From Eledone cirrhosa (lineage: Eukaryota), in contig OZ024740.1 in the NCBI GenBank assembly GCA_964016885.1, positions 132,804,001 through 132,868,000 on the forward strand: a stretch of DNA of 64,000 bases. Direction: 5' to 3'. The position numbers were made by a program, and so were the translations under genes. This document shows positions 43,716 through 61,272 of this stretch, piece by piece. Numbering within the stretch: the first letter of the stretch is position 1; every line of letters begins with the position of its first letter. Under the pieces are notes generated by a model. It was given only the letters and a program-made list of their open reading frames with translations, did not search any database and was not told the DNA's origin.

Positions 43716-44115
43716 TAAATCTACCAAAAATTTACGGTAGTGTCCAATCCGTATGAAAAACTCAATGTAATCCGTATATCATGAAAAGAGAAGATGCATT
43801 CAAAAACTATTTTCGGTGAAAATTAACGGAAAACACAGTCAAGATAAATTAATAAAATAATGAATAAACAAAGAAACAGTTCCTTATATTAAAAAAAATT
43901 CATCATTTCACGATCGTTTCTAGGATATATATGTGTTAGAGTTGGTATGCATATTCTATAGATCTATGTACAATATTTATACAAACTATCAGAGGGAATA
44001 TACATACCTACACATATATATGCTGTCTTCAGAAATATTGATATTTTGATTATTGAAAAAAACAAAGATTCAATACAATAGGTCTGTTTGGGAACAGGTT
44101 TTGAATTGACCAATA
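43712..44115 (-). mobile_element. Pseudo-LTR copy of the family at 58203-64000
   Basis: Colinear similarity to 58205-58610 (tagataaatctaccaaaa.tttacggtagtgtccaatcc...). Abuts (TA)n. Confidence 0.88.
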
Positions 44116-44603
44116 GAGAGATAGTGAGGGTCAAGATAGTAATATAGTAGTAGAATAACCTTAAATTATGGATAGAGGAAGGTAGATTTCAGTTTTGGAT
44201 GGAAAAGAATATTATGAATGAAAGATTATTTTAGTAAACTATGGTACATGCCTGAATGTGTCATTGTTTGGCTGAGAGGGGAACTGACTAAGCGAATTTC
44301 GTTGAAATCTGCCGTAGCTAATGGTCAAATTCCTTCGGAAGTTCCTGCGCAGACCGGTGGGGGTGAATTGGTACTCACAGAGGAACGGATGAAGAACCAA
44401 AAAGCACACACTTCGTCCGTTCCCATGTAGATTCAATTTGGATTGCCTCGGAAACATAACCTTATTATGTAACAAGCTGTCTGACGATGTCGCGACACTT
44501 GCACACAGAATAGTGTGGCCAGTGTCGCCATTGAAATATATATCACAGCATTATTATTAAAAGACTTGACTTGAACATCTGAAACTACTTCGCTTTTCCT
44601 TAT

Positions 44604-44958
<355 letters not shown>

Positions 44959-44983
44959 TATATATATACATATATATACATAT

Positions 44984-45321
44984 GTCTGGAAGTAGTGCTG
45001 CACTGCTCTTCGCCAATCTGGATATTGAAAATATCATAAGTGAGCATTAAATATCTGAATGTCTCATATTGTTGTATCATCAAATTATATGACTTAGCTT
45101 ATATACACACACACAGGCACCCGCACGCAGACACACAGACACACACATACACACACACATATGTATATATATATATGTGTGTGTGTGTGTGTGAGTGCGT
45201 GTATAAGCTAAATCATATAATTTGATGCTACAACAGTATGAGGCCATCAGATATTTAATGCTCACCTATGATATTTTCAATATCCAGATTGGCGAAGGGC
45301 AGTGCAATACTACTTCCAGAC
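44984..45321. repeat. Inverted repeat with arms of about 125 bp around a CA/TA/TG microsatellite core
   Basis: gtctggaagtagt..cttcgccaatctggatattgaaaatatcata.gtgagcattaaatatctga is mirrored at 45197-45321. Confidence 0.88.
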
Positions 45322-46189
45322 TGCATATTTTCAGTCATCGGAGATTTGGAAATCACAGAGAATATACAATGCAAATACAATGTTTTAACAATTAATACAT
45401 TATTTATTGCATTTACATATGTTTCATTCTGCAAAGGTTGTTATTTTTTATACCTTTATTGAGAAATCATCAGAATGAATTATATATAATTCATATATAT
45501 TTATTTCCCCCACTATATGTGTACGTTATCATATTTGAAGCCTTGACATCTTAAAGAAGATTTTTCCTGAAGGTTATGGAAGGTTGGAAGTGCAGATATT
45601 ATTTAACGTTACTGTCTCGTGTTTTGACATAATTATACTATATGATTGTGGTTAGTGCATATGCAATATTATTTGTTCACTAAAGTGAAAATCGAATTTA
45701 ATCCCAGTAAACAGTATTATAAGTGTTAATGTCATACAACTCTATGGAAGCCCGTAATTTTGGGTGTAACGGAGGATTATATATGATGGTATATGTATGT
45801 GTGTATATATAGGTATATTTATGTACCCATGTGGACTAACGTCGTGTGTATATGTGTGTGTAAATATTGAAGTTCAAGTGTGTTTGTCCAATGGTGGTAT
45901 ATATACAAAGATGGGTTATTTAGAATATGTATGCCTAGTATAATAAATTGGTTCATACCAGTAACCTGAAAAAAAAAAGCTGCTAACAACTAGATAATTT
46001 GAGCCAATACAGGAGATTGGCTGAAATGCTCTATGGTCAGATCGAAAAGGAGGAAACAAGGCCTTCAACGGAGTTTATGGGAAGGGCAGTAGAACAGAAT
46101 TCTATGTTAACACAGTAATAAGAATTGAGAGATAGATGGAGGAAGAGAAATAGATAGACGGAGAGAGAAAGAGAGACAGCCATAGAGAG

Positions 46190-46220
<31 letters not shown>

Positions 46221-46556
46221 GAAAGAGTGTGTCACAACAGTACCAAGCAACAATTTTGGTTTATAAATTGAGCTATGTGGGTACTAAAATACATAGGAAA
46301 AGATTACTACCCGCACTTATGTGTGTTACTTTCGGGTATGACTATTTTCCTGTCCCATATCGCTTGTCGATATTTCTTTGTTGTTTTTCTGTGCTTTCTT
46401 CTGTTTTTTTTTCTTCAATCAACGTCCGTTGTGTTTCTTGCTGAATAGCTCTACGTAGAGGTTATTGATACACTATTGTGAGTAGTCATGTTTTTCAAGA
46501 ATCCGAATCTATAATGATATTTTAAAGACAACCCATGAGTGGGGCTTGTCCTTCTG

Positions 46557-47006
<450 letters not shown>

Positions 47007-47231
47007 GGTCGGCCCCACAATAGGGCTTATTTACATTATAAACAATTGTTTCTTTAATCAGATGAATCTAAATGCCGCTGATCGCTAGAAGTTACGTCAG
47101 TCGACCTTAATTACAGTCCATACCCAATCAAATCTTCAGAATACTGGTGCGTATATAATGCAGAACACTGGTATTTGTCGACACATCGGAGAATGACATA
47201 AATAAAAACAATAGTAATTTTTTTTCTCAAG

Positions 47232-47620
47232 TTTATAATTTTAGCACAAGGCCAGCGATTACCCCAGTGCATTACTAGTACTTTATGTACCGACTTCGTA
47301 AGGCTGGCAAGTAATGTTAACCTCGGTGTATTTGAACTCAGAACCCAAAGTGTCATACCTCTCTGCTGCAAAGCATGGTGTCTGACGCTCTACCGATGCT
47401 GCCAAGCCACCGCCCTTGAAGACAAACAATAATAATAATAATTGTTTCTACTTTTGGCACAAGGCCAGCAATTTTCCCAGTGTATTACCGGTACTTTATT
47501 TTATCGACCCCATAAGGATGAAATGTAAAGTTAACCTCATTGGGATTTGAACTCAGACCGTAAAGGGCCGTAATTCTAAGCATGGCGTTCGATCCACTAC
47601 CGATACTTCCAATTCACCGA
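47232..47620 (-). mobile_element. Two tandem SINE S1 copies (47232-47415 and 47430-47620)
   Basis: Each has gcacaaggccagc, gttaacctc..atttgaactcaga and gcatgg.gt. Confidence 0.85.
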
Positions 47621-48211
47621 AGGTTACTGATTATAATACCAGTAGTAGTAGTAGTCATAGTTATATTTATATATATATATATATATATATACATACATAC
47701 ATATATATATATATATACATATATATGTGTGTGTGTGTGTATGTATGCATGTAGGTATGTATGTATGTTATGTATGCGAAGAGTGAACGGAGACAGAATG
47801 TGAACATTGTAGTACAATGAGGATATGTATTATTTTAACACTTGATATAGTAGAATAAAAGTCTTCACGTTTCGAAAACCTGTCATCTGACAGTAGAGAA
47901 ATAAATGAGAATGAGAAATAAAATAAGAAATAGAAAGATAGAGATTTTGAGGCAAGAAACGGGACTAAAATCTTTGGAGAAAAAGAACGCATATATATAT
48001 ATGTACAATAGTACAGCATATTCGAAGTTCGATCGGCAGCCAAGACAGCGAATGCCTTCAACAGTGGAGCCAAGCACTCGACAAGGTATAGACCTGAGAG
48101 TAATAACATACAATTTAAAGGGCTTTGCAAATTGAAAATAGCGACCGCTTTTAGCCGCGTGATCTTTAGCAACGAAAGAACTGACTAGTGAGAAAAGGAA
48201 ATACACACACA

Positions 48212-48297
<86 letters not shown>

Positions 48298-48298
48298 G

Positions 48299-48337
<39 letters not shown>

Positions 48338-48704
48338 CATATAAAAATATACATACATATATGCACATATCTGTATATATAACATACCTGGACAGTCACT
48401 TGGAAATTATTGAATATCCAAGTGAGGTTTCTGTAAATCCGAAATCAACAAAATCCGCTTGTGGTGTATACAAGTTAGGTTTCTGGAAGATCGAACAGAG
48501 GAATTTACTTTCTCAACAGGCTTTCGTTCTAACCCAAAACGAGGTGTGAAGCGCATGATAATCCAAAGGGAGGTACCCCGGTTTCTGGCGGTCAATTCAA
48601 AAATTATGGGCAATGGAAAAAATTCCATGCACAAACTTTATTAAGCACTCAACTAGACCGTTATTAAACAAACTTATATATATATATATATGTATATATA
48701 TATG

Positions 48705-48812
<108 letters not shown>

Positions 48813-48868
48813 CATATATAAAGATATATGTAAATATATATATATATATACATACATATATATATATA

Positions 48869-49677
<809 letters not shown>

Positions 49678-49695
49678 CATATATATATACATATA

Positions 49696-52691
<2,996 letters not shown>

Positions 52692-53204
52692 ATATTATCC
52701 TATGTATTCATTACACTTGTAACCGCTCTGCTTATATTCACGCTGATATTAACGCTTCTAATATTTAACCGTGTAGGCACAAGTATTGAGCACATTTGCA
52801 CAAGCTATTGGCAACTAAATATATGTATCGCTTATTTCTTCTTTTCTCTCTCTCGATACTTAAATATTATATATATGTATGTATGTATATATGTATGTAT
52901 GTATATATGTATGTATATTTCAGAGCAACATATCAAAACATCAACCTTCATTTTTTTATTTATAATCTAATTGCCTGTCTAATGAAGTCTCATGGGATAA
53001 TCGTTGAATAACAGCGCTTTCTTACCATCAAAATACGCATAGCATGAGAAAGGAATGTATTATAACGAGGAGATAACGTCTCTCTTATTTTTTATAATAT
53101 CGATACTCCATCTGATACCATCCACTAGACAGCTTGTGGCATCTCCTGCGTCGAGTGTTTCAACCTGATTAAGACATATTTGTTTGATTGCTCAGATCCA
53201 TGAA

Positions 53205-53405
53205 ACACTCGTTTCGGACACCATGCTTTGTAGCATAGAGTTACGCCCCTTTATGATCTGAGCTCAAATCGCGGCGATGTTAGCTTTGCCTTTCATCCTT
53301 GCGGGGTCGATAAAATAAAGCATAAGTAACGTACTGGGGTCAATTTAATAGACTTTCCCGTCCCCCCAAATTTCTGGCCTAGTGCCTATACTAGAAATAA
53401 TTGTT
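53205..53405 (+). mobile_element. SINE S1 copy
   Basis: gttagctttgcctttcatcctt.cggggtcgataaaataaag..ctggcctagtgccta. Confidence 0.85.
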
Positions 53406-53407
53406 AT

Positions 53408-53494
<87 letters not shown>

Positions 53495-54175
53495 TTGTGA
53501 GAGTATGTATGTCTAGATATCGGGAAACTTTTGAGTGCTACTAGTAGCATGTAACACAGTACAACATGTTGCATGGTCGGGTCATCGGCGACTAAACTGG
53601 CAACACCACCAAGTTTGCTTGTTGAGGAGGGTGATTTTGGAAACCCTGCAGAACAAAAACAAAACCTGACAAAGCGTTGAAGAATTCATAAGAGTCACCA
53701 GCCATCCAAAAATGTGTATATATATATATACATATATATACATGTATTTATGTGTATATACATATATATGTATGCACACGTATACGTATGCATGTGTACG
53801 TATATGCGCGGGGACATAGAATTAATCGGTCTGGATACCCGATCGCTCGATTAAACGACTGGGATTGAAGGACCCCCTAGCCTTTGGGAGGGCATTATTC
53901 TAGGAGAAAGCAACTCAAGAAACTGGGATAACAGCAGCATGAAACCTGCGGCTCACCGCATGAAACCTACGGTTACCGATGATGTTGATATTTTATTCTT
54001 TTCGGGTTATAACTATGGTCACTCAGAGAGTGAGATTCGCTCAGTGCACAGTTTTTCTTCACTTTAAGAAAATCTTCACGGACAGCCATTGCACGATAGT
54101 ATTAACTGATAATTATTAATAAAGTTATATCGTGCAATGGCCATACTCGATAACGAGGGGGCAGCTGTCATATAT

Positions 54176-54291
<116 letters not shown>

Positions 54292-54959
54292 TTATATATA
54301 TATATGTATATATATATATTTATTTACATACCTTCTGTATATATATACAATTATCTAGCTCCATGGCATAGCTTTCGTTGACCAGTTTATAACAGCGTTA
54401 TTAGTTCTGCCATAGACATATACGGGGAAATGGTTTTCTGTGTCCGTGCGTGTATGCGTGTATAAATATATGTATTATATATATATATATATATATATTT
54501 GTGTGTTCACAGAGAGTGAGTGAGAGGGGGAGAGGAGGGTAATGAATGGAGAGAGAGAGGGGAAAATATTCATTGCAAAACATTCACATGGCGAAAAATT
54601 GCAGAAGTACTTATATAAACTTTTGAATTCACATAAACATTGAAAATAAAACAATAGATTATTGTTTAATATGTTTAGAATAAATCTTCTCATTACTTTT
54701 ATAATATTCAAAAATTAATTTCAAAAATCTGCATTTTAAATTGAGTTTACAATTAATTTTTTCCTGAAAAAATTATTTTGTCTGCACATTTGATCGAATC
54801 ATGTGTGTTTGTTTCATTTTTTTTTGTCGCAAATTTGTGTTCATAATGACTAATAACACTTTATGTTGAAAGCTGTCTTAATTAATTAATTGAAATAACT
54901 GAATTTTTTTTCTTGGAAAGACTCGCTGGTCAATTGTTGTTCTTTGCGTGTGTGATGGA

Positions 54960-55270
54960 TATTTGTCACTTCCGATGACGAGTGTTCCATTTGTCTGATC
55001 ACAGGAACAGCCTCCTAGTCGAATCAAAGCGCAAATGTCTCAGCATTCCATTAACCTGTGTGCTTTTAATATAGTCCCCAGGGAGATAATTCAATATGAC
55101 ACAGTGTATGAAAAGGCTGAGTCTTTGATTTACAGTTACAATTACTTATTCTTCAACTGAGCAGACTGAAACGAAGTGCAATAAAATATCTTGCTTAAGG
55201 ATACAACGAATCATTGAAAAACAAAATCGCGTTCTGATGACCGTACGTCGTAAACACATAAAGCAGTACG
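54960..55270 (-). mobile_element. Decayed copy of a second (CORE-type, octopus-like) SINE family
   Basis: gacgagtgttcca..ggaacagcct, gacacag.gt.tga.aaggctg and aataaaatatcttgcttaaggatacaacg resemble the consensus as I recall it. Confidence 0.55.
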
Positions 55271-55399
55271 ACGCGTGCTCCCACACATGCGCTTCAAATA
55301 AAGCAGGTTATATATGATTTGGAGATTTCCTCAAAGCAAAATATATACGTTAGAATAATGTGTGCAAGTGTGAACGCATATACATATGCGCTCTTACAT

Positions 55400-56377
55400 A
55401 TAGGGCTGAGCGGAAATTTGGGACACTGAATTTAATAACAGATTCATTTTACTATACCTTGCACTTCTTGAACTTAAATAGTAAGTTATATAATGGGCCG
55501 GGTTAGGAAAACTGATATACTCATAGATTAATTTTCTCAGGTTTGTTTAGGGTTTGTATTTCTATATATGCAAGATATATGGAATCAATAAGAATAACAA
55601 AATATCAGCATTCACACTACTATTATACTGATCATCCAGTTAAAGGAAGAATGTGAAGAATTTGTGTGTATGGTTGTGTGAATTTATATATATATTAAAA
55701 TAACAGATTAAAGTTTAAGCAAAGAATTGCTGCTTTCACCCTTAACGGGATCTTCTGAAACTAACAAAGTCAATATGTGAACGCAGAAGTAAATATTTCA
55801 AAAAAAAACGTTGCAAGCGGAGGAAGACAGGAAGACGATACTTTGGTTCGTGGAAACGTTCCCTGGCAAAGAACAGGAAAAAACGAATATAATACGTCAT
55901 TATTTGGAGCGGTGAAATACAATTACACGCAAAGACAAAACCACATTTATGGTATAAAAGATGTCGTAGACTAATATTCTATTAGGTGATTCATAGAGAC
56001 GTTCTCTGGCAATGAACGGAAAAAACAAAGATAATACTTCATATGTGGAGCGGGAAGAACAATTGCACGCGATGACAAAACCACATAAATGGTATAACTG
56101 AAGTCGTAGACTAAAATTCTAACTAGGAAACCTAATGATTCCAGGCTTCAGAGTTAAGAATAAATAAATAAAATACAGAGGTAATTGAAATTAAATAAAT
56201 ACATACACGCATCCACATACGTACATAAACAAGCATACGCGAAAACGCTCGCCATAGGTATACACATACACGCACGTACACAAAAAAACCCCGCACGCAC
56301 ATACAGAACCCACGCAACGCCTGCACACGCACGCATACGAATGTATACACCAAATACACATAAAAATATATATATAA

Positions 56378-56408
<31 letters not shown>

Positions 56409-57215
56409 CGTGTATACATATAATTAAATAACGTATATAAATAAATCAATGCGTATATAACAAGCGCACACACATACCTATATGTAAACACATATATATT
56501 CGGAGACGTACGTCAGCCAAAACACAAAGTACACATATACACACACCCTACGTACGAACCCTCATACTCACACAGACGCAAAACTCACGTATACACATAA
56601 CCAAAAGCATATGTACCAGAATATATAATATATACGCCATAACATATACAATCAAATATATGTACGTGAAAGTATACGTACCTTCACAAAACATACAGGT
56701 AATATATACTTACCTATACAAATAAGTAATGGTATAAACATAACATATACTTAGCTACCACATCAAGACGTAAAATATCCGGGTATAGTTCGTACTATCC
56801 TTTAGGGTATAATGTGTGGCTGTAATACAGGAAAGTTCTGTGCAATTTACGTTTACAAGCCTATATTGCCTCAGATTTTTTTGTTTAAGATGTGGTCTTT
56901 GGAGTAGAGTATTTCCAGGGCCTCAGCGGCGCAGATGTCACGTGGTCTTTTATTTCTGTTATACGATCTAGCCCTAGCTAGGATCTCCCAGTGTAAATTA
57001 TATTGGGTGTGGTTGTCTTTTAGACTCCAGATATAAGCTGAAAGTGACGTCATATTCCTTCTTAACGGGTTACGAAAAGAATGGGTATGCATGTAAAGAC
57101 GCTGCTTGAATCTATTGGCGGTTAACACTATGTAGGCCCTACGGGACGTGGGTGTTTCAAACTTACATTTGTAGACAATGTTACTAGAGTGGCATTTCCC
57201 GGATAGGGGCAGTCA
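55400..57215 (-). mobile_element. 5'-truncated PLE (GIY-YIG remnant 56871-57215, long 3' UTR); left boundary approximate
   Basis: CPYPGKCHSSNIVYKCK, NRFKQRLYMH..TSLSAYIWSLK..WEILARARSY..DICAAE. A decayed HHR (CAGAAGA-UCCC..GGGU-GAAA) lies near 55730-55760. Confidence 0.75.
55848..56127. repeat. Diverged tandem duplication of about 140 bp
   Basis: acgttc.ctggcaa, ggagcgg, gacaaaaccacat..atggtataa and gtcgtagactaa each occur twice. Confidence 0.85.
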
Positions 57216-57279
57216 ATCCGATTCTATATTTATCCTTATCGAGCCCTCTTTGGATTTTAGTCTTCAAATTTATTATTAT

Positions 57280-57345
<66 letters not shown>

Positions 57346-57721
57346 GTGCAAAAGGTTGAGTATGACCGAAGAAAATTGGTGCGAGTAGCAATGTCATCAC
57401 TCGATATATAATAAGAACAAAGTGGATGTGTTACATATGAGATTTATTGCTCAACCCGATTACAAATGTTTCCGAGGTAGCGGGTTCGTGATCTAGTGTT
57501 GTATAATGGTCCCCCTGGGTAGAGCACTTACAGCTGATTACAATGGAGAGGTCTATATGTGCACCTTCTTTTGAGGACATACAATACTGGATAGCAACAC
57601 TTACCTGTGAATGATGTTACTGTACACAGACTCATTTACCCAACGGTTGCGATGGCGCGCTTACCATTTTGACCACGCCACCGCTACGGAAAACTTACAT
57701 ATATATATATATATATATATA

Positions 57722-58115
57722 TAGTTAAAAGAATAGAGGTGTAACACACAAGTTATTATATATTGGTAAACGGAATAGAAAATGCACACAAAATGTTCAC
57801 AGTTGAAAAATGGTTTAATTAGGAATAAAAGAGTATTAGTGATTGTATGGGTTAGTATTCAGTTGTGGTTTTAAGTTTTTAAGTTCAGAGCAAACAGCAC
57901 GGACACTCTATCTCAAAATTATTTTTGAAAAGCATTTAGAAATGCGCAACCGGTAAAAACTTAAAAACTTAAAACCACAACTGAATACTAACCCATACAA
58001 TCACTAATACTCTTTTACTCCTAATTAAACCATTTTTCAACTGTGAACAATTTGTCAGCATTTTCTATTCCGTTTACCAATATATAATAACTTGTGTGTT
58101 ACACCTCTATTCTTT

Positions 58116-58121
<6 letters not shown>
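57722..58121. mobile_element. Fold-back insertion of the pseudo-LTR of the Neptune-like family (arms 57722-57885 and 57958-58121)
   Basis: Near-perfect arms homologous to 33089-33270, a variant HHR in the spacer (57922-57959) and (TA)n on both sides. Confidence 0.92.
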
Positions 58122-58204
<83 letters not shown>

Positions 58205-58796
58205 GTAGATAAATCTACCAAAAGTTTACGGTAGTGTCCAATCCATATGAAGAACTCAATGTAATCCGGATATCATGAAAAGAAGAGATGCATTCAAAAA
58301 TCACTTTCGGTGAAAGATAAACGGAAAACAGAGTCAAGATAAATTATTAAAAAAATAATGAATAAACAAACAGTTCTTTATATTAAACAAAAAAAGTTCA
58401 TTATTTTACGATCGTTTCTAGGACATATATGTGTTAGAATTGGTATGCATATTCAAAAGATCTATGTACAAAATTATACAAACTATCAGAGAGAATATAC
58501 ATACCTTCACATATATATGCTGTCTTCAGAAATAATGATGCTTGTTTATTGATAATAACAACAATTCAAAATAATGGGTCTGTTTGGGAACAGATTTTAA
58601 ATAGACCAATGAAATAAGGATTGAGATAAATAAAAATTTATGAAGAAAATACAGTTAGGTGTGTGTATATATGTATGTAAATACGCTCACAGATGTGCAT
58701 AAAAGTGTATGCTCATATGTATACGTATATTGAAAAAGTGTATGTAAATATAAAAATTTAGGGCTAATGTATCTGTATGTCTATAATCAACAGACA

Positions 58797-58848
<52 letters not shown>

Positions 58849-59037
58849 ATTATTATTATTATTATAAATATATGGATATTGAGGCGCTCACAGAAACACG
58901 CCTACACACACTTACATTTAGATGCGGAAGTAAAAGAGGTAAGGGAGTATAGTAATTAAAGGAAAATTCATTTCCTAAAAAATTCATTTCTACAAAATTC
59001 ATTCCTACAAAATTCATTCCTACAAAATTCATTCCTA

Positions 59038-59540
59038 CAAAATTAATTTCCTAAAATTGATACCATCATGTAAATATATGTAATTATTTTTAATTTAGTT
59101 ATGCTATAATTAATACTCTACTACAGTTTAACTTCAAAATTCCGCTTTAAATATTATAAACCTAATTAGTATACACCTTAGAAATTAATATATTAACTAT
59201 TTTTATTTTAGTTAAATTATAATTAATATTCTACTTATATTAAAATACATAATTTTTCCCTCTTACAAAATTCATTTCCTAAAATTGATACCATCATGTA
59301 AATATTTGTAATTATTTTTAATTTTGTTATGCTATAATTAATACTCTACTACTGTTTAACTTCAAAATTCCGCTTTAAATATTATAAACCTAATTAGTAT
59401 ACACCTTAGAAATTAATATATTAACTATTTTTATTTTAGTTAACCTATAATTAATATTCTACTTATATTAAAATACATAATTTAGCCTTCCTTCTTACAA
59501 ATACCATTTCCTAAAACTGATACCACTATGTAAACACATA
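59038..59540 (+). repeat. Tandem repeat of about 230 bp (two copies plus a partial), preceded by aaaattcatt(t)cctac minirepeats at 58963-59050
   Basis: Units start at about 59038, 59265 and 59498 with caaaatt.atttcctaaaa.tgatacca. Confidence 0.9.
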
Positions 59541-59743
59541 TAATGATTTAACTGCAGATTAATATTCTATGTTCCTTGAAACCTATATATTTACTATTTC
59601 CCACTAATAATGTTAACCCCCCCCCCCAATAATTATTTGTATTTGTAAGCGTGGATGTGTGTATGTGTATGTAAGTGTGTATGTATGTTTGTGTGTTTGT
59701 ATGTGAGTATAAAAATACATATGTGCGCATGTATATGTATGTG

Positions 59744-59782
<39 letters not shown>

Positions 59783-59944
59783 GTATGTATGTATGTGTAT
59801 GTATATGTATGTGTAGAGATGTGTGTATGTATGTGTATATATGTGTATATATGTCTGACTGTGTATATATATATGTGTGTGTATGTCTATATATATATGT
59901 ATGTCTGAGTGTGTGTGTGTGTGTGGTTGTGTATATATACATGG

Positions 59945-60000
<56 letters not shown>

Positions 60001-60465
60001 GTGTATATATATATATGGGTGTATATTTATATGTATGGGTATATGTTTTACTTATTTTTATGTGTGTGCATACAAACAGGTCAATATGCGTGAGTGTAAG
60101 TATGTGTATGTGTGTGTGTGTACGTATGTATGTATCGAACGTATGGATGTGTAAATGTGCGTGTGTATATAAGCATGTATATTTTATGTCTCTCTTTTAT
60201 GTTTTTTTATATTTCTTTTGTGAGACATGCGTGTCTGTGTATGTACTCCCCCCCCCCTTTTTGTCTTTTTTTGTTTCCTTTTTTTGAGTTTTTTCCTTCT
60301 ATAAAAAATCTTTTTTATTTCTAATTTTATTGATACATTTTTATAAGTATGTCGAGATTGACACTTTCCTTTAATTACTATACTCCCTTACCTTTTTACT
60401 TTCGCAACTAAATGTAAGTGTGTGTGGGCGTGTTTATGTGAGCGCCTCAATATCCATATATTTAT

Positions 60466-60523
<58 letters not shown>

Positions 60524-61272
60524 TGTCTGTTGATTATAGACATACAGATACATTAGCCCTAAATTTTTATATTTACATACACTTTTTCAATATACGTATA
60601 CATATGAGCATACACTTTTATGCACATCTGTGAGCGTATTTACATACATATATACACACACCTAACTGTATTTTCTTCATAAATTTTTATGTATCTCAAT
60701 CCTTATTTCATTGGTCTATTTAAAATCTGTTCCCAAACAGACCTATTATTTTGAATTGTTGTTATTATCAATAAACAAGCATCATTATTTCTGAAGGCAG
60801 CATATATATGTGAAGGTATGTATATTCTCTCTGATAGTTTGTATAATTTTGTACATAGATCTTTTGAATATGCATACCAATTCTAACACATATATGTCCT
60901 AGAAACGATCTTAAAATAATGAACTTTTTTTGTTTAATATAAGGAACTGTTTCTTTGTTTATTCATTATTTGTTTAATAATTTATCTTGACTCTGTTTTC
61001 CGTTTATCTTTTACCGAATGTGATTTTTGAATGCATGTCTTCTTTTCATGATATCCGGATTACATTGAGTTCTTCATATGGATTGGACACTACCGTAAAC
61101 TTTTGGTAGATTTATCTACATAATTTGCTCCTATTTTCACGGAAATATTCTTATTTTTGTATTGTGTATGTGTGTAAATTTTATATTTATGTATATACAT
61201 ATATATGTATGAACTTTATAAATCCATATACAAATAGTTGAGCTCTTTCTCTTGTCCATTATCCATATCACA

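Noticed and set aside
53570-54110. Possible HDV-like ribozyme or LINE 5' UTR repeat
   Set aside because: It looks repeat-derived, but I could not build the nested pseudoknot or assign a family by eye.
58963-59540. Short repeats resembling a CRISPR array
   Set aside because: They are head-to-tail repeats without unique spacers, in a eukaryotic PLE 3' UTR.
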